Shown piece by piece: positions 9,323 to 19,474 of a stretch of 64,000 nucleotides of DNA; position 1 is the first letter of the stretch, and every line of letters starts with the position of its first letter. The stretch spans positions 3,616,001 through 3,680,000 of the forward strand of contig CBDCKW010000009.1 of the NCBI GenBank assembly GCA_965218435.1, written 5' to 3'. The position numbers and the translations under genes were made by a program. Under the pieces are notes generated by a model that ran no database searches, was not told where the DNA came from, and worked only from the letters and a program-made list of their open reading frames with translations. This DNA comes from Truepera sp. Its GTDB lineage: Bacteria > Deinococcota > Deinococci > Deinococcales > Trueperaceae.

Positions 9323-10531
9323 GTGACTTCAGTTACTGCTTCCTCGGCTACCCCAGCACCTAAAGCCAATCGCCCCGGCCTCCTCGCGGTGACTCTGGCG
9401 CACATTACTGTAGATATGCACACCGGTTCGCTCGTCGTGCTGCTCCCGCTGCTGCTCGCGTCGTTTCACCTCTCTTACGCGTCAGCGGCTGTGATCGTTA
9501 CCGCTAACAACCTCGTCATCGCTGTGGCGCAGCCGTTATTTGGCATCTTCGGGGACCGCCGCGCCCTGACTTGGCTGGTGCCAGCCGGGTGCGCGCTTGC
9601 GGGCGCGGCGATGGTCTCGGTGCTGTTCGTTCCGAGTTACACGCTCGTGTTGCCGGTCGTGATGTTGTCCGGGCTCGGGTCGGCGGCGTTTCACCCCGAA
9701 GGGCTCTCGAGGATTCGGGCAGTCAGCGGCCGCCTCGCGGCGAGCGGCACCTCAGTCTTTTTTGCCGGGGGCAACATCGGCTTCGCCCTCGGCCCGATTT
9801 TAGCGACGGTGTTGACGGTGCGTCTGGGCCGTCCCGGAGTCCTTGTGTTGCTCTTGCCGACCCTTTTAGCCCTCGGGTTTTTGTGGAGCCAGTGGCGCGT
9901 GTTAGGACGGGTCACACCGAAACCGCGCCGTTCCTCTACTGCCGAGACCGGTAGCCGCACCGAGACGGTGAGCGCCGTCGGCTTCTTGATGGCGCTGATC
10001 GTCCTCCGCAGTACGGCGATGGGCGGCCTGCAGACCTTTATGCCGCTCTATTTTCACGAAAACGGGGCGCTGTCCCGGGAGGGTGCCGCGCTGCTCGTCA
10101 CCATTCTCCTCATTTCCGGCGTCCTCGGCACGCTACTAGGTGGGACGCTCGCCGAACGCTTTGGCCGTAAAACGCTCCTGCTCGGCAGTATGGCGGTCGC
10201 GGTCGCCGGGCTCTACGCATTTTTGCACGGGAGCGGATTTTTACGCACTGCCGCGCTCTGCGTGAGCGGGATCAGCATCAACTCGGCGTGGCCGGTCTTG
10301 GTTGTGATGATTCAAGAAGCGATGCCGGGGCAGATTGGACTCGCGTCGGGGTTATCTTTAGGGACGGCTTACGGTGCAACGGGGTTAGGCGTTGCGGCCC
10401 TCGGACAACTGGCCGATGCTCAGGGGCTGGCCTTGACGATGAACGTCATCACGCTCTTACCGATTTTGGTTTTACTGCTGACACTCTTTTTGCCGGAGCG
10501 GGTGGCGCGGCCAGCGACCCTGCTGAGCTAG
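9323..10531 (+). CDS. MFS transporter (Fsr/fosmidomycin-resistance-like)
   Basis: AH..VD, QPLFG..GDRR, GLGSAAFHPEG, GGNIGFALGP. Confidence 0.85.
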   Translation: MTSVTASSATPAPKANRPGLLAVTLAHITVDMHTGSLVVLLPLLLASFHLSYASAAVIVTANNLVIAVAQPLFGIFGDRRALTWLVPAGCALAGAAMVSVLFVPSYTLVLPVVMLSGLGSAAFHPEGLSRIRAVSGRLAASGTSVFFAGGNIGFALGPILATVLTVRLGRPGVLVLLLPTLLALGFLWSQWRVLGRVTPKPRRSSTAETGSRTETVSAVGFLMALIVLRSTAMGGLQTFMPLYFHENGALSREGAALLVTILLISGVLGTLLGGTLAERFGRKTLLLGSMAVAVAGLYAFLHGSGFLRTAALCVSGISINSAWPVLVVMIQEAMPGQIGLASGLSLGTAYGATGLGVAALGQLADAQGLALTMNVITLLPILVLLLTLFLPERVARPATLLS

Positions 10532-11204
10532 AGCTGAACTGCGATCCAGCAGGCGTGGTAGTAACCCCAGGTGGTGCGACCGCGCAGCCCAACATCGGCG
10601 CAATTCAGTACCTTATGGATGTGACGTCTCACTGTGTTCAGCGCGGGCGGGCTACGCCACCGATTTAGAAAAACTGTTTATAGTGCGCATTTTAGGGTGA
10701 TACCCGTGGTGACCAACCGTGCATGTGCTGGATTACCGTAACAGCTGACTTTAGCAACGCTAAGCCCTGCAACTCCAGCTTGCTTACGGCTTCAAAGTTA
10801 AACAAATCATAGCGGGCGCTTCTAGGCTGTTCTATAAAGAGTTCTGGATGCGCTACAACTGCAAAGCGCACCCTAAAAAGACCGGATGTGCTGCCAGGTG
10901 AGACGTGGGTTTAGAAGCGTTTACAAACGGGCGCAGAAAGCTGAATAAGACAACGATGTCTGCTTAGCAAAAAGCAGCGGCATTCCCGCATTCTGGTGCG
11001 CAGACGTGGAAACTATAACCGAGTTTTCATCGGAAATTCGCGTTTCTATCTGAAACACAGTCTTTAAGAAAGGAGTGAAATTTAGGCTTAACTGCCCAAG
11101 CTGCGTAGCTAAGCCTTCCTGTCCGGGTACTTAGAAACTGGTTGGGACCGAGCTGTCTGACGACCCAAACCTGCTTGCTTAAACGCAATTTTAGGAGACC
11201 AAAA

Positions 11205-13229
11205 GTGCGAAAGGTGTACCTGGCCTTGACCGGCCTTTTTTTGTTAGCCGCATGTTCGAGGGATACCGTTCTTGAACCCTTGGCCGTTTCTTTACTTCGA
11301 GGCGAGGACGGATCAACTACGACCCGGCTCTTTCTCGCCTCAAATTCTTTACGAGGCGACGTGAGTTTCTACGTTGACGGCCGTCTGCTCGTCAAAGATG
11401 CCACCGCTCCCTTTGAGACGACAGTTGACGAAACGAAGATGCAACCCGGCACCCACCGCGCCTCAGCGGTCAACCGTCATAACGGCACGCAGCTGCATCT
11501 AGGCAACTTCTACTTCAGGGTCGAAAGCGTAGCTACCCCCTCACTGGGTGGCAGCAACGTGGCGCTCCCGGCTCGCGGAGCCTTTTATTACCCTTGGTAT
11601 CCCGAAACTTGGACGGTTAACGGCAAGCATGTTTTTTATACCCCTACGCGCAGCTACTACCGTTCGGACGAGCAGAGCGTAGTAGACGCTCACGTCAAGG
11701 CGCTAGACTACGCCAACGTGCAGGTCGGTATCGCGTCTTGGTGGGGTCAAGAGACCCACCACGAGCAGAACAGAATCCCGCTGCTCCTAAACCGCACAGC
11801 TGCTTTAGGCTCGAGCCTAAAGTGGGCGCTCTACTACGAGAAGGGCACGAAGTCTCAAACCGAACTTCGGAATGACCTCGCTTACATCAAGGCCAACTAC
11901 GCCCAAAATCCTGCTTATGCTCGGGTCAATGGAAAACCTGTCCTGTTTGTCTACAACACTTCAAACCCATCTTGCGCCGACGCCGACGCTTGGCAGGCGG
12001 CGACGCAAGGCGAATGGTACATAAGCTTGAAAGTTTTCCGGGGCTACCGGACTTGCAGAGCACAACCTGCCGCGTGGCATCAGTACGGGCCTGCCGCAGC
12101 GACTGACCAGCAAAAGGGGTACGCCTACAGCATTTCCCCCGGTTTCTGGCGCGCCGATGAGAGCCGCCCTCGACTCACGCGCGACCTCGGCCGTTTTCAA
12201 AAAAACGTGCAGGAGATGGTGGCAAGTCATGAACCGTGGCAGTTGGTGACGACCTTTAACGAGTGGGGTGAGGGAACCGCAATCGAAAGCGCCGATGAGT
12301 GGGGACAAGCCTATCTAGACGCCCTCCACAAGACCGGGCGTGCAGCCCCGACACCCGAGCCGACGCCGCAACCGCCCGGTACCGTTACGGTGGTGGCCAG
12401 CGGTGATATCGCTTGCGACCCCGCGAGTGGCAACTTCAACGGCGGTGACGGTACCGCGACGGCCTGTCGGCAGAAGTACACAGCAGAGGTCGCCGCCGCG
12501 CAAAACCCCGAGGCAGTGCTCGTGTTGGGCGACCTTCAGTATGACGCGGGTACTCTTGACAAGTTTCAGCGCTCCTACGATTTGTCTTGGGGCAAGTTAA
12601 AATCAATTACCTACCCCAGTATCGGCAACCATGAAGGTGAAGTGAGGAGTAGCGGACAGGGCTACTGCGCGTATTTCGGGGCGGTGGCACACTGTAACAG
12701 CAGCGGCTCCCAAGACGGCGCGGCCTACTACAGCGTTGACCTAGGTGCGTGGCATATCGTCGTGCTGAACTCGAACTGTACCGTTGCCGGGGGGTGCAGC
12801 GCCTCGAGCCCGCAGTATAGGTGGTTGGTGCAAGACTTGGCGGCACACCCGAGCAAATGTACCCTAGCAACCTGGCATCATCCTCGCTTTTCAAGTGGCG
12901 ACCACGGCGACCACACGATGATGGCTCCGATGTGGAAAGCACTGCAAGATGCGGGAGCCGAGTTGGTCCTGAGTGGCCACGACCACGACCTAGAGCGCTT
13001 TGGCCCACAAGATGCCTCGGGACAGGCCGACCCGAAGGGTATCCAGCAGTTTGTCGCAGGTGGTGGTGGCAAAAATCTGTACAGCTTCGGCACTGTCAAA
13101 GCCAACTCGGAGTTTCGCGCCGAGAGCTATGGTGTTCTCAAGCTTACACTGGCCTCCGAATCCTATGCTTGGGCTTTTCTATCTGACACAAGCGCAGTTC
13201 TGGACGAAGGTCAGACGGTTTGTAACTAG
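11205..13229 (+). CDS. Lipoprotein: Ig-like domain + GH99-like glycoside hydrolase + calcineurin-like metallophosphoesterase
   Basis: AGGAG RBS, lipobox LLAAC. GH99-like AFYYPWY, SWWG, TFNEWGEGTAIE. Pro/Thr linker. Phosphoesterase GDIA, GDLQY, GNHE, HH, GHDH. Confidence 0.75.
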   Translation: MRKVYLALTGLFLLAACSRDTVLEPLAVSLLRGEDGSTTTRLFLASNSLRGDVSFYVDGRLLVKDATAPFETTVDETKMQPGTHRASAVNRHNGTQLHLGNFYFRVESVATPSLGGSNVALPARGAFYYPWYPETWTVNGKHVFYTPTRSYYRSDEQSVVDAHVKALDYANVQVGIASWWGQETHHEQNRIPLLLNRTAALGSSLKWALYYEKGTKSQTELRNDLAYIKANYAQNPAYARVNGKPVLFVYNTSNPSCADADAWQAATQGEWYISLKVFRGYRTCRAQPAAWHQYGPAAATDQQKGYAYSISPGFWRADESRPRLTRDLGRFQKNVQEMVASHEPWQLVTTFNEWGEGTAIESADEWGQAYLDALHKTGRAAPTPEPTPQPPGTVTVVASGDIACDPASGNFNGGDGTATACRQKYTAEVAAAQNPEAVLVLGDLQYDAGTLDKFQRSYDLSWGKLKSITYPSIGNHEGEVRSSGQGYCAYFGAVAHCNSSGSQDGAAYYSVDLGAWHIVVLNSNCTVAGGCSASSPQYRWLVQDLAAHPSKCTLATWHHPRFSSGDHGDHTMMAPMWKALQDAGAELVLSGHDHDLERFGPQDASGQADPKGIQQFVAGGGGKNLYSFGTVKANSEFRAESYGVLKLTLASESYAWAFLSDTSAVLDEGQTVCN

Positions 13230-13250
13230 CTCATTTTGTAACTAGTTCAC
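13219..13250 (+). repeat. 16-bp tandem duplication spanning the stop codon
   Basis: TTTGTAACTAGCTCAT / TTTGTAACTAGTTCAC. Confidence 0.7.
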
Positions 13251-13344
13251 TGCAGTACGGGTTGGTCGCTGCGCGCTCTTGCGAAAGGGTCTGGGTGCGG
13301 GCGGCCAACCTGTATAGGTAGCGCGCTCAGCGGTGGCTAGAATC

Positions 13345-14013
13345 CTAGCAAAGACGCATCTCGAGCCACCTACCAAACGCCTCTATATCCGGCAGCGTTT
13401 CATACCCAGTACCCGGTTCATTACCCAGGTAAACGACCTGCATCCCGTATGCTAAAGCACCTTTGACATCAGCCTCCAAGTTGTCTCCAACCATCAAAGT
13501 TTCACCCGGTTCTGTTCCCAACGCCTCACACGCCATCTCAAAGATACGTGGGTTGGGTTTACGCACGGCTACGTCCGCGTCCCCTGAAACCAAGATGCGC
13601 TTGAAAAAAGTCTCGAGCCCTACTGCCTGAACTGCGTCACGCTGCATGTCTGACGTTCCGTTGGTCAGAAGCGCCAACGGTAGATTATGGGTTCCGCAGA
13701 AAGTAAGAGCTTGAGGCGCACCGGGTAGCAGCTTCATCTGTGAACAGTAATGGGCCACTGTATCTTCAGCTATTCGCTCTAAGTTCTCGGGTTGAGGTCG
13801 TCCGATTGCCTTAAAAGCCGCCTGTACGGTGTCATAAAAGGTCATCGGACCGTCTTGACGCTCGAGTTGGGTACGGTGAAGCTCGAGCCTCCTCACCTCA
13901 TTTTCTGACAGCCCTAGTTTGTGCCCAAAACGCCTTTGCAGCTCCCCAAAATCCCCGCTGAACTGCGCCAGCGTCCCATCAAAGTCAAAACAGATTGCCC
14001 GGATTATAGACAA
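13345..14013 (-). CDS. HAD-superfamily hydrolase
   Basis: FDFDGTL, LLTNG, RKPNPRIF, MVGDNLEADV. Confidence 0.9.
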   Translation of the reverse strand: MSIIRAICFDFDGTLAQFSGDFGELQRRFGHKLGLSENEVRRLELHRTQLERQDGPMTFYDTVQAAFKAIGRPQPENLERIAEDTVAHYCSQMKLLPGAPQALTFCGTHNLPLALLTNGTSDMQRDAVQAVGLETFFKRILVSGDADVAVRKPNPRIFEMACEALGTEPGETLMVGDNLEADVKGALAYGMQVVYLGNEPGTGYETLPDIEAFGRWLEMRLC

Positions 14014-14017
14014 CGGC

Positions 14018-15001
14018 TCACCAACGCTGATGCACCTGCGGCGCGATCTTCTCGTCGTAAATGGCTTTGACTTTCGCCATCACCTCGTCTGACAGTGCGG
14101 GCAGGTCGGCGGCGGCGGCGTTGTCCTCGACCTGCTGCGGGTTTTTGCCGCCCGGAATGGCGCAGGTCACCGCGTCAAACATCAAAATCCAGCGGAGCGC
14201 AAACTGCACCAAGCTCATGCTGTCGGGAACGAGGGCACGCAGTTCGTCTACGGCTTCTAAACCGGTCTCAAAATCCACGCCTGAAAACGTCTCACCCTGA
14301 TCGAACGCCTCGCCGTGCCGGTTGTAGTTGCGGTGGTCGTCTTCGGCAAAATGACTGTCACGCGTCATTTTGCCGGTTAAGAGGCCGCTGGCGAGGGGAA
14401 CACGGGCCAAAATCCCGACGTCTTTCGCCTGCGCTTCACGAAAAAACAGCTCGGCGGGGCGTTGCCGGAAGATGTTAAAGATAATTTGCACCGACGCGAC
14501 GCCGGGGTACTCGATCGCCTTAAGCGCCTCTTCAACTTTTTCTACGCTGACACCGTAGTTTTGAATCAACCCTTCAGTCTTAAGATCGTCCAACGCGCCG
14601 AAGACTTCAGGCCGGTAGTAAACCTCGGTAGGCGGGCAGTGAAGCTGCACGAGGTCGAGCGAGTCGGTCTCGAGGTTTTTCAAACTCCGCTCGATAAAGG
14701 CTCGCAAATTCTCAGCGTTGTACCCGTCTGCGGTGTGCGGGTCTAAACGGTGGCCTGCTTTGGTCGGGATGACGAGCTTTTCGCTGGTTTCACGGTTGAG
14801 CCGTGCTAGTAGCCGCTCACTTCGTCCGTCGCCGTAAACGTCAGCGGTGTCGAACAGGTTAATGCCTTCGTCTACCGCCGTGTGCAGCGCCCGGAGCGCG
14901 TCGTCTTCTGAGACTTCGCCCCAATCTGAACCGATGGCCCAAGCGCCGAAACTGACCGTTGAAACTTCAAACCCCGTTTTGCCGAGTTTGCGTGTGTGCA
15001 T
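14018..15001 (-). CDS. Aldo/keto reductase
   Basis: FGAWAIG, FDTADVYGDGRSE, SLKNLETDSLDLVQLH, AIPGGKN. Confidence 0.92.
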   Translation of the reverse strand: MHTRKLGKTGFEVSTVSFGAWAIGSDWGEVSEDDALRALHTAVDEGINLFDTADVYGDGRSERLLARLNRETSEKLVIPTKAGHRLDPHTADGYNAENLRAFIERSLKNLETDSLDLVQLHCPPTEVYYRPEVFGALDDLKTEGLIQNYGVSVEKVEEALKAIEYPGVASVQIIFNIFRQRPAELFFREAQAKDVGILARVPLASGLLTGKMTRDSHFAEDDHRNYNRHGEAFDQGETFSGVDFETGLEAVDELRALVPDSMSLVQFALRWILMFDAVTCAIPGGKNPQQVEDNAAAADLPALSDEVMAKVKAIYDEKIAPQVHQRW

Positions 15002-15229
15002 AGGTTTGCCTCCGCTATCACGCTAACATTCCAGTCTCACGCTGGATTAGAACCTAGTGCTGAATCATCTGTGAAACCGCCGCGAAGTAAAGGTAGCTTG
15101 CAACCTGAGTTGGTTTTCTGAACCGCTAACGGGTTTGCTATGGGCACTGCTGAACCTGTAAAATACTTTCACCCGGCTCAGCGCCCGACGACCAATCAAA
15201 CGTTGTCGGCGAGCGGGCAAGAGGTTCCC

Positions 15230-15610
15230 TTGACAGTACGGATAGATCACGCCATCGTCGCTGCATACGACCGGCAGGCGTCCGCTGCGTTCTTCGCAGA
15301 GGTATTCGGCCTTGCACAGCCTACCGAGTGGGGGCCGTTTAGCACGGTTTTACTCGGCGACGGTGCGCACCTGCATTTTGCAGAGCCGCCCGGGGTTACA
15401 GACGTCCAGTTCCAGCATTATGCATTTAAGGTAGATGATCGGCATTTTGACGAAATTTACACCCGGTTACGTGATTTGAAGCTAGAGCATTGGGCCGACC
15501 CACAGATGCGCCAGCCGAACCGGATCAATACCAATCATGGCGGGCGCGGCGTTTACTTTAGGGACGTAGCAGGGCATTTTTTGGAAGTGTTGACGCGCTC
15601 GGAGGTATGA
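15230..15610 (+). CDS. VOC/glyoxalase-family protein
   Basis: RIDHAIV, QHYAF.V, GGRGVYFRD..GH.LE. TTG start after GAGG. Confidence 0.85.
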   Translation: MTVRIDHAIVAAYDRQASAAFFAEVFGLAQPTEWGPFSTVLLGDGAHLHFAEPPGVTDVQFQHYAFKVDDRHFDEIYTRLRDLKLEHWADPQMRQPNRINTNHGGRGVYFRDVAGHFLEVLTRSEV

Positions 15611-15813
15611 CCTCAACCTATAAAATTTCTAATAATGCTCTTTGCAACATCTTAGGGTGGGCTTTTTGACTGCTCGAGCGGGTTATGACCTGAACTACTG
15701 AAACGCAAGCCTACAAAACATGCAAGGCTTGCAAGATAAAAACCTGCTGCCAAAAATGTAACTATGAATGCAACCGTAAGTGCAACGGTATTCACACTCG
15801 ACCACCTTCATGT

Positions 15814-16515
15814 TTAGGCTCGAGCGTCCCTTAGCGAGCGTTCACGCTTGGCAAACTCTTTCTGATAGTAGCGAACCCAAAAGCTGATGCCGACGCCGCC
15901 TAAGAGCCCCGGCGCAACCCAGACCGTCCAGGCGAGGTCTGCCGGAAGATGTGGCCCTACATTTTGCACCATAAACGCGGTGACTGCCGCTAGATACGAA
16001 CCCACCATACGCTCGAGATGATACGTCAACCACCAATTCGGTTGAGGGCTCGGACGGCGAAAGCTTTTAAGGTCGGCCCACGCGTCTTTGCTGAGAAAAA
16101 TCCCGAAGCCTACGCCCAAAAGCGAAAAAGCTACCGGGGTTTCACCGTTTATCAAGCCTGTCAGCGGCAACACGCCCCAGACGATAAAACTGACGCCTGC
16201 TAAAAGGGCAATAGACGCCCCTAGCCAGTCGAGCAGCGCGGCGCGTTCACCGCGTTCCGGGTGTTTGCGCCGGAGTGAGCGCACACCCGAAAATGCGCCG
16301 TAAAAACTTAAAATCGAGATGATAAACAAAAACACGTTGGGCCGCACCACGAGGAGCGCGAGTGCGCTCACAAAAATCACAAACATCGCCCAGAAGTAAA
16401 CGCGCCCCCAGCGGCGGTGGGCGGCTCCACCTTTTTGTGTCAGCATGGCGACAGGTGCGACAACTAAGGCCGTGATACCGGCTCCGACGTGTGTAAAAAG
16501 CAGTAGCGTTTCCAT
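15814..16515 (-). CDS. DUF2306-like membrane protein
   Basis: HV.AG..AL, KGG..HRRWGRVY, H..RM.GSY.A..TAF. ATG 16515 follows TACCCT by 6 nt; the longer ORF overlaps the kinase gene. Confidence 0.75.
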   Translation of the reverse strand: METLLLFTHVGAGITALVVAPVAMLTQKGGAAHRRWGRVYFWAMFVIFVSALALLVVRPNVFLFIISILSFYGAFSGVRSLRRKHPERGERAALLDWLGASIALLAGVSFIVWGVLPLTGLINGETPVAFSLLGVGFGIFLSKDAWADLKSFRRPSPQPNWWLTYHLERMVGSYLAAVTAFMVQNVGPHLPADLAWTVWVAPGLLGGVGISFWVRYYQKEFAKRERSLRDARA

Positions 16516-16552
16516 ACCCTTAGGGTAGCGGCGTACAGGGCTGCCGCGCCTG

Positions 16553-16608
16553 TGCCAGAGGTCATGGGGCCGGTAGATAACCGGGCATGACTTCCGGCAG
16601 GGGTCATG
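16553..16608. promoter_or_regulatory. Putative NarL/LuxR-type response-regulator boxes in the divergent promoter
   Basis: TGCC-agag-GTCA (16553-16564) and its inverse TGAC-ttcc-GGCA (16588-16599), plus CATGAC...GTCATG. Confidence 0.45.
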
Positions 16609-16635
16609 AGGTTTACAGCGTTTTATACTTCCCTT

Positions 16636-17787
16636 ATGCCCGCTGCACCCAAGCCCAACGGTTTGCGTGACCTGCCGCTGCCTCTCTGGTCGCTGTCGCA
16701 GGCTGCCGGACTCGTCACCTGGCTGACGGTCGGGGTTCCGCGGGGACTCGAGCGTCTCCAGGGGCCTGTTCCCGGCACGTTTAGTCTCTGGCTGGTCTGT
16801 TATCTGAGCTTCGGCGTGCTGTTCGCGCTCCTTTCCGACCCACGTTTTGACTCGTGGCTGCCTCACCGTAGTCTGTTGCCGCTACTTACGCTGTTGACCT
16901 TCGGTGTGATCGGCTTCGGCGAGGGCTACTGGCTGGGCGGCGTGCTGCTGATTATCACCGCCAGCTCCGCACCACATCTGCTCTCACCGCGCAACGCGGC
17001 CCTTTGGGTAGTTGGGCAAACGTCTATTATGTTGGTTCTTTTCCTGTTTTCTGGCGAAGCGGTAGACGCCCTCGTGCAAACGGCGCTCTACTTAGGCTTT
17101 CAACTCTTTGCCCTTTTTTCCACGCACGCGGCCCTTAGTGAAGCCGCCGCTAAAGAACGGATGGTGCGGCTGAACGCCGAGCTTCGGGCCACCCAGGAAC
17201 TTCTACGCGAAAGCAGCCGGATGGCCGAGCGGGTACGCCTCGCCCACGAACTCCATGACGTAATTGGGCATCACCTGACGGCGCTGAGCCTTAACTTAGA
17301 GGTCGCCAGTCACGTTGCTGAAGGCCGAGCGTTGACGCAGGTGAGAACCGCGCAGGCCATCTCGAAAACGCTGCTTACTGAAGTGCGCGGCGTGGTCAGC
17401 AGTATGCGTGAGCCTATTTGCCTAGACTTAGCTACCGCGCTGAGGCTCCTCAGCCGCGACATTCCGACGCCTCAAGTACATGTCACGGTTGCGCCTGATT
17501 TGGCGCTCGAGAACCCGGAACGCGCCCAGGTTATCTTGCGCTGCGCCCAAGAGGTCATTACCAACGCCGTCAAACACGCCGAGGCCAAAAATCTGTGGTT
17601 GCGGGTCACGCGAGCTGAACACGGTGTAACGCTCTACGCCCACGACGACGGGCGCGGTGCGGGCAGCTTTGCTTGCGGGAACGGCTTGACGGGAATGCAG
17701 GAGCGGTTAGAAACGCTTGGGGGACGGCTCGAGCTCCACCCCAACGCCGGTCGTGGTTTTGCCCTAACCGCCGCCCTACCCGAATGA
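16636..17787 (+). CDS. Membrane sensor histidine kinase (HisKA_3, DesK/NarQ-like)
   Basis: ERVRLAHELHDVIGH, QEVITNAVKHA, DDGRG, GNGLTGMQER. Confidence 0.92.
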   Translation: MPAAPKPNGLRDLPLPLWSLSQAAGLVTWLTVGVPRGLERLQGPVPGTFSLWLVCYLSFGVLFALLSDPRFDSWLPHRSLLPLLTLLTFGVIGFGEGYWLGGVLLIITASSAPHLLSPRNAALWVVGQTSIMLVLFLFSGEAVDALVQTALYLGFQLFALFSTHAALSEAAAKERMVRLNAELRATQELLRESSRMAERVRLAHELHDVIGHHLTALSLNLEVASHVAEGRALTQVRTAQAISKTLLTEVRGVVSSMREPICLDLATALRLLSRDIPTPQVHVTVAPDLALENPERAQVILRCAQEVITNAVKHAEAKNLWLRVTRAEHGVTLYAHDDGRGAGSFACGNGLTGMQERLETLGGRLELHPNAGRGFALTAALPE

Positions 17788-17794
17788 CCCCAAG

Positions 17795-18424
17795 ATGATT
17801 CGCGTCCTCCTGGTTGACGACCAAACGCTGGTACGGCAAGGGATTCGGAGCCTGTTAGAACTCTCGCAAACGGTAACTGTGATCGGCGAAGCTGCCGATG
17901 GGGAAGAGGCGCTCGTACTTATCGGCAGAGTAAAGCCCGACGTGGTGCTGCTCGATTTGCGGATGCCCAAGTTGGACGGGTTGGGCGTTTTACGGGCACT
18001 TGCTCCGGACGCGCCGCCCACACTGATTCTGACCACCTTCGACGATGATGAATCAGTTTTAGAGGGCTTGCGGCTCGGCGCAAAAGGCTACCTCTTAAAA
18101 GACGTGTCGCTGACGCAGCTGTTAGACGCGGTTGAAACCCTCGCTATGGGTAAAACACTGGTGCAACCTGCTGTGACCGAACGGCTTTTACGGGGTTTGC
18201 AAAAAACCACTTATCCAAGTCTCGAGGCTCCCGAGGAGCTGACCAAGCGTGAGCTCGAGGTTGTGCGCCTTTTAGCAGGTGGGTACAGTAACAAAAAGAT
18301 TGCCGGGGCGCTGGGGATGAGTGAGGGCACCGTAAAAAATCACGTATCGTCGGTGCTTTCTAAGCTGGGGGTACGCGACCGGACGCGGGCGGTTTTACGG
18401 GCGCTCGAGCTGGGTTACGTCTAG
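17795..18424 (+). CDS. Response regulator, NarL/LuxR family
   Basis: LVDDQ, LLDLRMP, GYLLKD, LTKRELEV...GTVKNHVS. Confidence 0.95.
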   Translation: MIRVLLVDDQTLVRQGIRSLLELSQTVTVIGEAADGEEALVLIGRVKPDVVLLDLRMPKLDGLGVLRALAPDAPPTLILTTFDDDESVLEGLRLGAKGYLLKDVSLTQLLDAVETLAMGKTLVQPAVTERLLRGLQKTTYPSLEAPEELTKRELEVVRLLAGGYSNKKIAGALGMSEGTVKNHVSSVLSKLGVRDRTRAVLRALELGYV

Positions 18425-18483
18425 GGTTCATCGTCGTTGCTCGCCAAGTAAAATCCACGCCGCAGCCAACCGTAAACTATGAC

Positions 18484-19265
18484 ATGGTTATAAAAACAGT
18501 AGACGCGGTGCTGAAGCGGCTCGAGGCGCACCCGGACGTCACAGGCTTGATTCGCTACGGTTCTGATCATCAGGAAGACAACTACAGCGTCGGGGATTAC
18601 GACCTCTTTGTGGTGTTCTCTAACTGGCAGCCTCCGGTTGAGAGCCTTCATTTTAGGGTTGGGCACACGCCGGTAGACCTCAACTTGATAACTTTAGAAA
18701 CGTTGGCAGGGTTAGCGCCCGCTTTTACCTTTCCACAACTTGCCTTGGGAGACGCTGCGCTCATCTTTGACCGGACTGAGCAGGTAGAGGCCGCTCTAAC
18801 ACGGCTTAAAGACATGTTTTTGCAGCACGTCCCGAACCTCTCTCGGCGCACGCTGTTGCATTTATGCGTCACGGTCATCGGCACCTGCTCGAGAAGGTGC
18901 GGGGGCGACTCGAGAGTGAACCGTTACTGGCGAACTTTGTGCTCGGCGTCAACCCTTACTGGCTGATGGAGAGCTATTTTCGGGTGAGACAGCTGCCCTT
19001 TAGAGGTGAAAAGCACGCGCTCGAGTATTGGCGTCAGCATGAGCTTGACATCTACGGTACGCTCGAGGCGTTCTACCAAACAGCTGATTTGAAGGAACGG
19101 TTTGGTCTCACTGAGCGTCTGACGGAACTGGTGCTCGCGCCCGTGGGGGGTGCTTGGCAACCAGCTGAGGTTCTTGCTTTTGGTCACGGTCAGAGCGAGA
19201 ACGACAAGCTGGCTGAAAAGGGCGTAGAGGTCTACCACGAGCTTTTTGGGGAAGCGTCGGTTTGA
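18484..19265 (+). pseudogene. Frameshifted nucleotidyltransferase (Pol-beta superfamily) with helical C-terminal domain; pseudogene or assembly error
   Basis: YGS...GDYDLFVV in 18484-18966. The C-terminal half lies in another frame (to 19265); the frames join with one extra T in T5 at 18817-18821. Confidence 0.65.
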
Positions 19266-19312
19266 AAAGAGGTTGACGAACTGAGAGGTAAACGGCCTAG
19301 CACTGCGGTTTC

Positions 19313-19425
19313 TAGAACCTATCTCAAAAATGGCTTTCTAGCGTGAGAGCGTCCTATCTTACTCGCCTAGCTCGGTCAAACCCTCACCGGGCTCCGCCCG
19401 CCAAGGGTTTTTGAGATGGCTTCTA
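19313..19425. mobile_element. MITE-like element with 18-bp terminal inverted repeats
   Basis: TAGAACCTATCTCAAAAA ... TTTTTGAGATGGCTTCTA (2 mismatches), no ORF, second copy at 7431. Confidence 0.75.
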
Positions 19426-19474
19426 AACTAAATGTCACGCTCGAGCCGCCTATGTCCAGCAGTAAAATGTGGGT

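Noticed and set aside
16516..16866. N-terminal extension of the DUF2306 ORF (likewise 21965-22219 of DUF2270)
   Set aside because: Overlaps well-supported genes on the other strand; internal starts fit the family and the -10 boxes
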